The notes under the pieces were generated by a model. That model saw only the letters and a list, made by a program, of their open reading frames with translations, searched no databases and was not told the origin of the DNA. This document shows, piece by piece, positions 56,369 through 64,000 of a stretch of DNA of 64,000 bases. How positions within the stretch are numbered: the first letter of the stretch is position 1; each line of letters opens with the position of its first letter. This DNA is from Lachnospiraceae bacterium (GTDB taxonomy: Bacteria > Bacillota > Clostridia > Lachnospirales > Lachnospiraceae), in assembly GCA_024698485.1 (NCBI GenBank), contig JAILRC010000085.1:23639-87638 (forward strand). The letters run 5' to 3'. Position numbers and translations under genes: made by a program.

Positions 56369-58066
56369 ATGTTAAGCAGATTGTTCGTCAAGAATTATGC
56401 TATAATCGACGAAACAGAGATAGAATTTCAAAACAGATTAAACATCCTCACCGGTGAGACCGGTGCAGGTAAGTCCATATTGATCGGCTCCGTAAATGCC
56501 GCCCTTGGAGAGAAAGTCTCCAAGGATACCATCAGATACGGAGCTGATTATGCTCTTATCGAACTGAACTTTACGGACATTCCCGAAAGAACAGCGGACG
56601 AACTTAAAGAACTGGACATTTATCCCGACGACGGAGAGATCCTGATCTCAAGAAAGATCACCGCCGCAGGAAAAAGCATATGCAAGATCAACGGTGAAAC
56701 CGTTTCTTTGGAGGAACTGAAAAATTGTTCCTCTCTTTTGCTTGATATTCACGGACAGAATGAACATCATTCACTTCTCAAGTCATCATCCCACATCAAG
56801 ATCCTGGACAAATTTGCGGGGGCAGAGGAAGAAAAACTCCTTTCCCTGCTGAAAACAGATTACGACGCCTGGTACAAGACTTCAAAAGAACTTGAGGCTG
56901 CTCTGGCTACCGATGTTTCCAAGGATACCGACAGCGGCTATCTTGAATTTGCCAAAAACGAGATAAGGAGCGCAGAACTTAAACCCGGGGAAGATGCGGA
57001 ACTGGAAGAGGAATTTAAGGTTCTTTCCAATTCAAAACAGATCATGGAAGCTCTGTCCCAGAGCCTGCAACTGGTGAGTGACGCAGAAAGCGGAAATGCG
57101 GGAGATCTTCTGGGAGAAGCCGTAAGGACCATGAGCAAGGCGGTACAGTTCGATGAGAAACTTTCGGGTCTCGTGGATACTCTTGAAAGTGCATCTTCTT
57201 TGATCTATGATTTTAAACATGATGCTGAGAGTTACATAAACAAGTCCGAGAATTCCGCCGAGCGTTTTGCGGAAGTTTCCGAGAGGCTTGATGTCATCAA
57301 CAATCTCAAGAAAAAATATGCGGGACTCAACGGCTCTCTGGAAGACGTGCTGAAGTACGCGGATGAGGCGGAAGAAAAGCTTAAGAAACTTGAGAACTTT
57401 GATGAGTATCTTGCCGACCTTCGTAAGAAAGAAGAAAAGGAAAGAGGTCTGTGCATGGATCTTTGCGCAAAGATCGGCGCTTTAAGGAAAAAGGCCGCAG
57501 ACATGCTTTCAAAGAGGATAGAAGAGGAACTTAAGAGCCTGAATTTTGCCTCCGCAAGATTCAGCTGCAAACTGGAACCTCTGCCGAAATTTACGGCCAA
57601 CGGAGCGGATTCCTGCGAGTTCATGATCTCCCTGAACCCGGGAGAACCGGACAAGCCTCTGGTAAAGGTGGCTTCCGGCGGTGAACTTTCCAGGATCATG
57701 CTGGCCATTAAAACAGTCCTTGCAGACAAGGATGAGATCCCCAGCCTCATCTTCGACGAGATCGACACAGGCATCTCGGGAAGGACAGCCCAGAAGGTTT
57801 CGGAAAAACTGGGAGTTTTGGCGGGAACCCATCAGATCATATGCATCACCCATCTGGCACAGATCGCTTCCATGGCGGATGCTCACTATGTCATTGAAAA
57901 GACCAATGGAAAAGACAGTGTCAAGACCGAGATACGGCGTCTCAGTCCCGACGAAAGAGTCACGGAACTTGCCAGGATCCTGGGAGGTGCCGAGATCACC
58001 AATACAGTTTTGGAAAATGCGAGAGAGATGATCGCTCTTGCTGATAATATAAAGAATAATCGTTAA
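56369..58066 (+). CDS. recN: DNA repair protein RecN
   Basis: L.VKNYAIIDE.EIEF...LNILTGETGAGKSILIGS (Walker A), a coiled-coil centre, and C-terminal ASGGELSRIMLAIK...LIFDEIDTGISG. Confidence 0.93.
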   Translation: MLSRLFVKNYAIIDETEIEFQNRLNILTGETGAGKSILIGSVNAALGEKVSKDTIRYGADYALIELNFTDIPERTADELKELDIYPDDGEILISRKITAAGKSICKINGETVSLEELKNCSSLLLDIHGQNEHHSLLKSSSHIKILDKFAGAEEEKLLSLLKTDYDAWYKTSKELEAALATDVSKDTDSGYLEFAKNEIRSAELKPGEDAELEEEFKVLSNSKQIMEALSQSLQLVSDAESGNAGDLLGEAVRTMSKAVQFDEKLSGLVDTLESASSLIYDFKHDAESYINKSENSAERFAEVSERLDVINNLKKKYAGLNGSLEDVLKYADEAEEKLKKLENFDEYLADLRKKEEKERGLCMDLCAKIGALRKKAADMLSKRIEEELKSLNFASARFSCKLEPLPKFTANGADSCEFMISLNPGEPDKPLVKVASGGELSRIMLAIKTVLADKDEIPSLIFDEIDTGISGRTAQKVSEKLGVLAGTHQIICITHLAQIASMADAHYVIEKTNGKDSVKTEIRRLSPDERVTELARILGGAEITNTVLENAREMIALADNIKNNR

Positions 58067-58079
58067 GGAGTCTGAACCA

Positions 58080-59522
58080 ATGAAAAACATTCTGCTTGTA
58101 TCTTCCGAGTGCGTTCCTTTTATCAAGACAGGCGGACTTGCCGATGTGGTGGGTGAACTTCCAAAATACACTGACAAGAAAAAGTATGATGTTCGCGTGA
58201 TCCTGCCCAACTACAAAGCCATTCCTCAAAAGTACAAAGACAAGATGAATTTTGTCACAAGCTTCTACATGGATCTCGGCTGGAGAAGGCAGTATGTGGG
58301 CATCCTGGAAACTTCCGTGGACGGTGTCAGATTCTATTTTGTTGACAATGAATTCTATTTTAACGGCGACAAGCCTTACGGAAACATCTATGAGGACATA
58401 GAGAAGTTTGCTTTCTTTGACAGAGCCGTGCTTTCGGCCCTTCCCCTCATTAATTTCCGCCCCGATATCATACATTGCAATGACTGGCAGACAGGACTTC
58501 TTCCGGTCTATCTTCATGACTCTTTTTACGGAGGCGAATTCTATCGCGGCATCAAGAGCATCATGACCATCCACAACCTTAAATTCCAGGGTATCTGGAA
58601 CAAGAAGACGGTAATGGACATTGCGGGTCTTTCACCCTATTATTTCACCGACGACAAACTGGAAGCCTACGGCGATGCCAATTATCTCAAGGGAGGCATA
58701 GTTTATGCCGATTATGTGACCACGGTTTCCGAACAATATGCCAAGGAGATCCAGATGCCTTATTACGGCGAGGGGCTGGACGGTCTCATGAGAGCCAGGA
58801 ACAACTGCTTAAGAGGCATTGTGAACGGTATCGATTACAAGGAATACGACCCTGAAAATGACAGGTTTATCAAGCATCATTTCAACAAGACCACTTTCAA
58901 GGAGAATAAAAAGAAGGATAAGACCGAGCTTCAGAAGGAACTGGGCCTTGAAGTGGATGACAAGAAGTTCATGGTGGGCATAGTTTCACGTCTCACGGAC
59001 CAGAAGGGCTTTGACCTTGTGGAATGCGTTATCGAGCAGATCTGTGCGGAGAACCTTCAGCTGGTGATCCTGGGAACGGGTGAACAGAAGTACGAGAACC
59101 TTTTCAGACACTATGAATGGAAATATAAGGGCAAAGTTTCCTCCAGCATCTATTACAATGAGGAAAGAGCCCATAAGATATATGCCGCCTGTGACGCATT
59201 TCTCATGCCTTCACTGTTTGAGCCCTGCGGCCTCAGCCAGCTCATGGCAATGCGTTACGGAACGGTGCCCATCGTTCGTGAGACAGGCGGTCTGAAAGAC
59301 ACGGTGGAGCCTTATAATGAATATGAGAACAAGGGCACAGGTTTCTCCTTCATGAACTATAATGCTCATGAAATGCTCCACACCATCCGCTATGCGGAGA
59401 ACACCTTCTATGAAAAGAAGAGGGCCTGGAATAAGATAGTTGAGAGAGCCATGGAGAGAGATTTCTCCTGGACCGCATCAGCTAAAAAGTATGAAGAGTT
59501 ATACGACGAACTGGTAAAATGA
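58080..59522 (+). CDS. glgA: glycogen (starch) synthase, ADP-glucose type
   Basis: MKNILLVSSECVPFIKTGGLADVVGELPK (KTGGL motif), HCNDWQTGL, SRLTDQKGFDL, PSLFEPCGLSQLMAMRYGT.P.VRETGGL.DTV. Confidence 0.93.
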   Translation: MKNILLVSSECVPFIKTGGLADVVGELPKYTDKKKYDVRVILPNYKAIPQKYKDKMNFVTSFYMDLGWRRQYVGILETSVDGVRFYFVDNEFYFNGDKPYGNIYEDIEKFAFFDRAVLSALPLINFRPDIIHCNDWQTGLLPVYLHDSFYGGEFYRGIKSIMTIHNLKFQGIWNKKTVMDIAGLSPYYFTDDKLEAYGDANYLKGGIVYADYVTTVSEQYAKEIQMPYYGEGLDGLMRARNNCLRGIVNGIDYKEYDPENDRFIKHHFNKTTFKENKKKDKTELQKELGLEVDDKKFMVGIVSRLTDQKGFDLVECVIEQICAENLQLVILGTGEQKYENLFRHYEWKYKGKVSSSIYYNEERAHKIYAACDAFLMPSLFEPCGLSQLMAMRYGTVPIVRETGGLKDTVEPYNEYENKGTGFSFMNYNAHEMLHTIRYAENTFYEKKRAWNKIVERAMERDFSWTASAKKYEELYDELVK

Positions 59523-61756
59523 TCTACGCCGACATTATTGTTGACATCTCTCACGAGAACATCGACAGAACATTTCAATACAGAATACCGGAAGACCTGC
59601 AAGCATCCGTTAAGATCGGTTCCAAAGTAAACATTCCCTTCGGAAACAGGAAGGAAATGACCGGATATGTTGTGGGTCTTTCTTGCATGCCCAAGATCGA
59701 GGAAGACCGCATCCGTGACATTCTGGGGGTAGTTCCCACAGGCATATCCATAGACTCCCGCATGCTGGAACTGGCGGCCTGGATCAGGACAAATTACGGT
59801 GGTACCATGAATGAAGCGCTGAAGACGGTACTTCCCGTAAAGAAGAGTGTCCGTCCCAAGGTGAAGCAGGAACTGGTGCTTAAGTGCGACAGGAGCACAG
59901 CGGAAAGCTTCCTTGAAGAATGCGAGCGGAAGCATTACGTGGCAAAGGCCAGACTCATTAAAAAACTTCTGGAATCCGAAGTGTTGCCCAAGGAACTGGT
60001 GTCGCTTAAACTGAACATATCTGCGCCCACAGTGGCAAGCCTTGAAAAACAGGGCATTCTTGAAGTCAGAACAGAAAGACTGGACAGGAACAAAAGTTAT
60101 GCGCAAGAGGCAAAGGCTCCCAAGGTAAAACTTAACGACGAACAGCAGGCTGCATGCGATACGGTGATCAATGACTTAAAGGCGGGTAAGAACGGTACCT
60201 ACCTTGTTTTTGGCGTTACGGGAAGCGGTAAGACCGAAGTCTACATGGAGATCATCGACTATGTGGTAAAAAGCGGGAAACAGGTCATCGTACTGATCCC
60301 CGAGATCGCTCTCACTTTCCAGACGGTGATGAGATTTTCCAAGCGTTTCGGCGATCGGGTGGCTTTCTTTAACTCCAAACTTTCCGAAGGAGAGAGATAC
60401 GACCAGTATCTAAAGGCCAAGGAAGGCAGCATAGATATTATGATAGGCCCCAGATCCGCACTGTTTACTCCCTTTGAAAACCCCGGACTCATTGTCATTG
60501 ACGAGGAACATGAAGGGGCATATAAGAGCGAAGGAGTTCCCAAGTACCATGCCAGGGAAGCGGCGGAAGAGATCTGCCGTATGACCGGGGCATCTCTGGT
60601 GCTGGGTTCTGCGACTCCCTCTCTTGAAGCATACAGAAAAGCGGAGACGGGAGAATACAAACTCCTTAAACTCACCAAACGTGCCAAGGAAGCACGGCTT
60701 CCGGAAGTCAGCATAGTGGATCTGAGAGATGAACTTAACAAGGGCAACCGTACAATTTTCTCACTGGATCTTGTAAATCTCATGAGGGACAGGCTTCAGA
60801 AGCATGAACAGATCATGCTTTTCCTGAACAGAAGAGGATATTCGGGCTTTGTTTCCTGCAGAAAATGCGGTGAAGCAGTGAAATGTCCACATTGTTCCGT
60901 ATCTCTTACCCAGCACAGGGACGGAAAACTGAGATGCCATTATTGCGGTTATGAAACGGAAATGCCGAAAAAATGTCCTTCCTGCGGATCGCCCTACATT
61001 GCGGCTTTCGGTACGGGAACCCAGAAGATAGAAGAGGCAGTGAAGAAACTTTTTCCTTCGGCGGGGGTTCTGAGAATGGACGCAGATACCACCAAGGACA
61101 AGGAAAGCTATGAACGCATCCTTTCCGCTTTTGCAAACGAGGAAGCGGACATACTGATCGGAACCCAGATGATCGTAAAGGGACATGATTTCCCTCATGT
61201 GACTCTTGTGGGAATATTGGCTGCGGATCTTTCTCTTCATGCCACGGATTACAGAGCGTCGGAAAAAACTTTCCAGCTTCTGGCGCAGGCGGCGGGAAGG
61301 GCCGGAAGAGCCAATCTTAACGGCAATGTCATCATCCAGACCTACAAACCCGATCATTTTGCCATTACTGCCGCTGCGGAGCAGGACTATGTCTCATTTT
61401 ACGAGCAGGAGATCCTTTTCAGAAAAAATCTTTATTATCCGCCCATGGGTCACATCATGGCATTGCTTTTTTCGGGAAAGGACGAACAGGCCACATCGGC
61501 TCTGCTTAAGAACGTAACGGCAAAAATCATTGACAAATATGCCGCATTAGTTGATAATAAAGAGATTGTAAGCATCGGACCCGCACCCGCGGGAATTTCA
61601 AAGATAAACGATCATTACAGATTTGTTGTATATTTCAAATCCCAGGATTACGGTCATCTGACCGACATCTGCGGGGAGATCGAAAAATACAGAGATGAGA
61701 TCAAGGCTGCCGGAATAATATGTCAGACGGACTTCGATCCCATGAACGGTTATTGA
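59519..61756 (+). CDS. priA: primosomal protein N' (replication restart helicase)
   Basis: N-terminal 3'-DNA binding domain (ADIIVDISHENIDRTFQYRIP), Walker A GVTGSGKTEVY, DEEH box, and a Cys-rich zinc region (CRKCGEAVKCPHCSVSLTQHRDGKLRCHYCGYETEMPKKCPSCGS). ATGA overlap with glgA. Confidence 0.93.
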   Translation: MIYADIIVDISHENIDRTFQYRIPEDLQASVKIGSKVNIPFGNRKEMTGYVVGLSCMPKIEEDRIRDILGVVPTGISIDSRMLELAAWIRTNYGGTMNEALKTVLPVKKSVRPKVKQELVLKCDRSTAESFLEECERKHYVAKARLIKKLLESEVLPKELVSLKLNISAPTVASLEKQGILEVRTERLDRNKSYAQEAKAPKVKLNDEQQAACDTVINDLKAGKNGTYLVFGVTGSGKTEVYMEIIDYVVKSGKQVIVLIPEIALTFQTVMRFSKRFGDRVAFFNSKLSEGERYDQYLKAKEGSIDIMIGPRSALFTPFENPGLIVIDEEHEGAYKSEGVPKYHAREAAEEICRMTGASLVLGSATPSLEAYRKAETGEYKLLKLTKRAKEARLPEVSIVDLRDELNKGNRTIFSLDLVNLMRDRLQKHEQIMLFLNRRGYSGFVSCRKCGEAVKCPHCSVSLTQHRDGKLRCHYCGYETEMPKKCPSCGSPYIAAFGTGTQKIEEAVKKLFPSAGVLRMDADTTKDKESYERILSAFANEEADILIGTQMIVKGHDFPHVTLVGILAADLSLHATDYRASEKTFQLLAQAAGRAGRANLNGNVIIQTYKPDHFAITAAAEQDYVSFYEQEILFRKNLYYPPMGHIMALLFSGKDEQATSALLKNVTAKIIDKYAALVDNKEIVSIGPAPAGISKINDHYRFVVYFKSQDYGHLTDICGEIEKYRDEIKAAGIICQTDFDPMNGY

Positions 61757-61793
61757 TAGGAGAATGCCCCTTTGGGGCTGACAGGAGGTTTTT

Positions 61794-62285
61794 ATGGCTA
61801 TAAGAAATATAAGAAAGTATCCCGATCCCGTGTTGGAAAAGGAATGTAAGGCAGTGGACAAGATGACCGAAAGGACACAGATCCTTATAGAAGACATGCT
61901 GGACACCATGTATGATGCCGGAGGCGTTGGCCTTGCGGCTCCTCAGGTGGGGATCTTGAAGCAGATCTGCGTTGTGGACATTTCCGAAAACTGTGATGAG
62001 CCTTATGTACTCATCAATCCCGTCATTGTTGAAAGCGACGGAGAGCAGACGGGGGATGAAGGCTGTCTTTCACTTCCCGGAAAGCAGGGAACCGTTACCA
62101 GACCCGATCATGTGGTGGTAAAGGCTTTTAACGAAGAGCTGGAAGAGATCACCGTGGAAGGCACGGGACTCCTTGCAAGAGCTTTTTGTCATGAGATCGA
62201 TCATCTTCACGGGCACATGTACATGGAAAAGGTGGAGGGCGATCTTAAGAGCACCAGGTCAAGTGATAATGAAGAAGATGCGTGA
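61794..62285 (+). CDS. def: peptide deformylase
   Basis: GVGLAAPQVG, EGCLSLPG, HEIDHLHG metal-binding motifs. Confidence 0.95.
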   Translation: MAIRNIRKYPDPVLEKECKAVDKMTERTQILIEDMLDTMYDAGGVGLAAPQVGILKQICVVDISENCDEPYVLINPVIVESDGEQTGDEGCLSLPGKQGTVTRPDHVVVKAFNEELEEITVEGTGLLARAFCHEIDHLHGHMYMEKVEGDLKSTRSSDNEEDA

Positions 62286-62352
62286 CCAAAAGAAAAAATT
62301 TACGGTAATAGTATTAGGGGCTGTTACTTAGAGCAAACAGGAGGGGAACCGA

Positions 62353-63306
62353 ATGAAACTGATATTTATGGGCACTCCCGAGATAGCGGCAAGTGTTCTG
62401 AAAAGTGTGATCGATTCAGGCAAACATGAGATCGAGGCTGTTGTCACAAGAACAGACAAACCCAAGGGGCGCGGACACGAGATGGATGCGCCTCCGGTGA
62501 AGAAACTGGCTCTTGAGAACGGCCTTGTTGTTCTGCAACCGGAAAAAGCAAGTGCTCCGGAATTTATTGAAAAGATCCGGGAATATGCTCCCGACGTGAT
62601 CGTGGTGGCAGCTTACGGAAAAATCCTTAAGCCTGCACTTCTTGAGATCCCCAAGTACGGATGCATCAACGTCCATGCTTCCCTTCTTCCCAAATACAGA
62701 GGTGCTGCACCCATACAGCAGGCTGTCATCGACGGCGAAGAAAAGAGCGGCATCACCATCATGCATATGGCTGAAGGGCTGGATACGGGAGATATGATCA
62801 TTAAGAAAGAGATCCCTCTCGAAAAGAAGGAAACGGCAGGATCGCTTCATGACAAGATGGCGGAAGCGGGAGGACCTTTGCTACTTGAAGCACTGGATCT
62901 CTTGGAAGCGGGAACGGCACCCAGGATCGTTCAGAATGAGGCTGAAGCAACTTACGTTACCACCATTGACAAGTCCATGGGAAAGATAGATTTTAACAAC
63001 AGCGCAGTAAAGATCGAAAGGCTCATCAGAGGACTCAATCCCTGGCCCACAGCTTTCACTTATCTGAACGGAAAACTCCTCAAGATCTGGGATGCGGATG
63101 TCTGTGCTCTTGAAGGGCTTTCAAAGGAATTTAAGAATGCGGAATGCGGAACCGTTGTGGATGTGACCGAGGATCACTTTACTGTACTTTGCGACGGCTC
63201 GCTTCTTAAGATAAACAGCCTTCAGATCGAAGGAAAGAAAAGAATGGACACAGCAGATTTCTTAAGAGGGTTTAAGGTAGAAAAAGGAACGCTTCTTGGA
63301 AATTAG
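62353..63306 (+). CDS. fmt: methionyl-tRNA formyltransferase
   Basis: IFMGTPE, VVTRTDKPKGRG, INVHASLLPKYRGAAPIQ.AVI.GE..SGITIM.M...LDTGDM. Confidence 0.95.
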   Translation: MKLIFMGTPEIAASVLKSVIDSGKHEIEAVVTRTDKPKGRGHEMDAPPVKKLALENGLVVLQPEKASAPEFIEKIREYAPDVIVVAAYGKILKPALLEIPKYGCINVHASLLPKYRGAAPIQQAVIDGEEKSGITIMHMAEGLDTGDMIIKKEIPLEKKETAGSLHDKMAEAGGPLLLEALDLLEAGTAPRIVQNEAEATYVTTIDKSMGKIDFNNSAVKIERLIRGLNPWPTAFTYLNGKLLKIWDADVCALEGLSKEFKNAECGTVVDVTEDHFTVLCDGSLLKINSLQIEGKKRMDTADFLRGFKVEKGTLLGN

Positions 63307-63321
63307 TGCTTTGGCAGCAAA

Positions 63322-64000
63322 ATGAAAGATATAAAATCATTTAACACGGAAGAACTTAAAAATGAGATGAAGAGTATCGGAGAACCGGCCTTCAGAGCGG
63401 GACAGATCTTCGAATGGCTCCACAAAAAGAAAGTGGGCTCTTTTGAAGAGATGACCAACCTGTCAAAGGATCTGAGGCAGAAACTTTCCGAGAATTTTGA
63501 GATCACCACTCTTGCGGAAGTAAGAAGCCTTAAGTCCGAAGACGGAACAGTAAAGTTTTTGTACAAACTGAAGGACGGTCAGGTCATAGAGTCGGTACTC
63601 ATGAGCTATAAACACGGTCATTCCATCTGTGTTTCCTCTCAGGTGGGCTGCAGGATGGGGTGCATGTTCTGTGCATCCACCATCGACGGCCTTGTGCGCA
63701 ACCTCACACCTTCGGAGATACTTGAACAGGTTTACGAAGCGGAGAGGAGCTGCAATGTTACCATATCCAACATTGTCATCATGGGGAGCGGAGAACCCAT
63801 GGATAACTATGACAATGTTATAAAGTTTATACGTCTGATATCGGATGAAAAAGGCAAGAATCTCAGTGTCAGAAATATAACCCTTTCCACCTGCGGGCTT
63901 GTGCCGGGCATCAGAAAACTGGCGGAAGAGGGACTTCCTGTGACACTGGCTCTTTCGCTCCACGCTCCGGAGGATGAACTCAGAAAGACCATTATGCCGG
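63322..64000 (+). CDS. rlmN: 23S rRNA/tRNA adenine-C2 methyltransferase RlmN (radical SAM), N-terminal ~226 codons; continues beyond the window end
   Basis: This frame is absent from the ORF track because it runs off the edge. My translation from ATG 63322 reads MKDIKSFNTEELKNEMKSIGEPAFRAGQIFEWLHKKKVGSFEEMTNLSKDLRQKL...ICVSSQVGCRMGCMFCASTIDG...IVIMGSGEPMDNY...LSLHAP. The CxxxCxxC radical SAM motif and the RlmN N-terminus are both present. Confidence 0.88.
   Translation, partial: MKDIKSFNTEELKNEMKSIGEPAFRAGQIFEWLHKKKVGSFEEMTNLSKDLRQKLSENFEITTLAEVRSLKSEDGTVKFLYKLKDGQVIESVLMSYKHGHSICVSSQVGCRMGCMFCASTIDGLVRNLTPSEILEQVYEAERSCNVTISNIVIMGSGEPMDNYDNVIKFIRLISDEKGKNLSVRNITLSTCGLVPGIRKLAEEGLPVTLALSLHAPEDELRKTIMP

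Noticed and set aside
61757-62352. Small hairpins after priA (GCCCC-ttt-GGGGC) and after def, considered as terminators.
   Set aside because: The stems are only 4-5 bp with no following U tract, and the genes form the conserved priA-def-fmt string. They are too weak to report as features.

Overview
The window looks like low-GC Firmicutes chromosome, class Clostridia. Gene content and synteny suggest a non-sporulating Lachnospiraceae-type gut or rumen saccharolytic organism, but that taxonomic call is inference only. It is almost fully coding, and nearly all genes are on the + strand.

Gene order from left to right:
- 1-4.6 kb: hexuronate catabolism (uxaC partial, uxaA, kdgK, kduI).
- 4.8-7.5 kb: a secreted pullulanase.
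- 7.6-23.8 kb: a Gram-positive polysaccharide utilisation locus. It has an AraC regulator, GH3, two LplB/LplC-type ABC permeases, a large lipoprotein binding protein, GH115, an SGNH esterase, GH2 and a DUF624 membrane protein. The likely substrate is acetylated glucuronoxylan-type oligosaccharides.
- 23.8-31.7 kb: glgB, type III glutamine synthetase, an ABC-F ATPase and a GlgX-like protein.
- 31.7-33.8 kb: a translationally coupled TraX-like / unknown / RelQ-like module.
- 33.8-38 kb: rRNA modification genes and recU.
- 38.1-43.9 kb: a his operon (hisZ-G-D-B-A plus an unusual HisF-like::HisIE fusion).
- 44.2-51.3 kb: the conserved asp23-nusB-xseAB-ispA-dxs-tlyA-nadK-argR block.
- 51.4-64 kb: yebC, a 1363-aa Ig-like (Big_2) surface protein, then recN-glgA-priA-def-fmt-rlmN (rlmN partial).

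I found no rRNA, tRNA, CRISPR array, transposase, integrase, phage gene or recognisable defence system. I see no clear-cut novel system. The best candidates for follow-up are:
- the degenerate HisF-like domain fused to HisIE, in an operon that lacks hisC, hisH and hisF;
- the four-gene coupled string of GlgX-like (apparently catalytically degenerate), TraX-like, unknown and RelQ;
- the composition of the GH115-centred locus;
- the giant Big_2 protein inserted upstream of recN;
- several long perfect palindromes in regulatory positions.

All family assignments come from reading the supplied translations against remembered family motifs. No database search was run.
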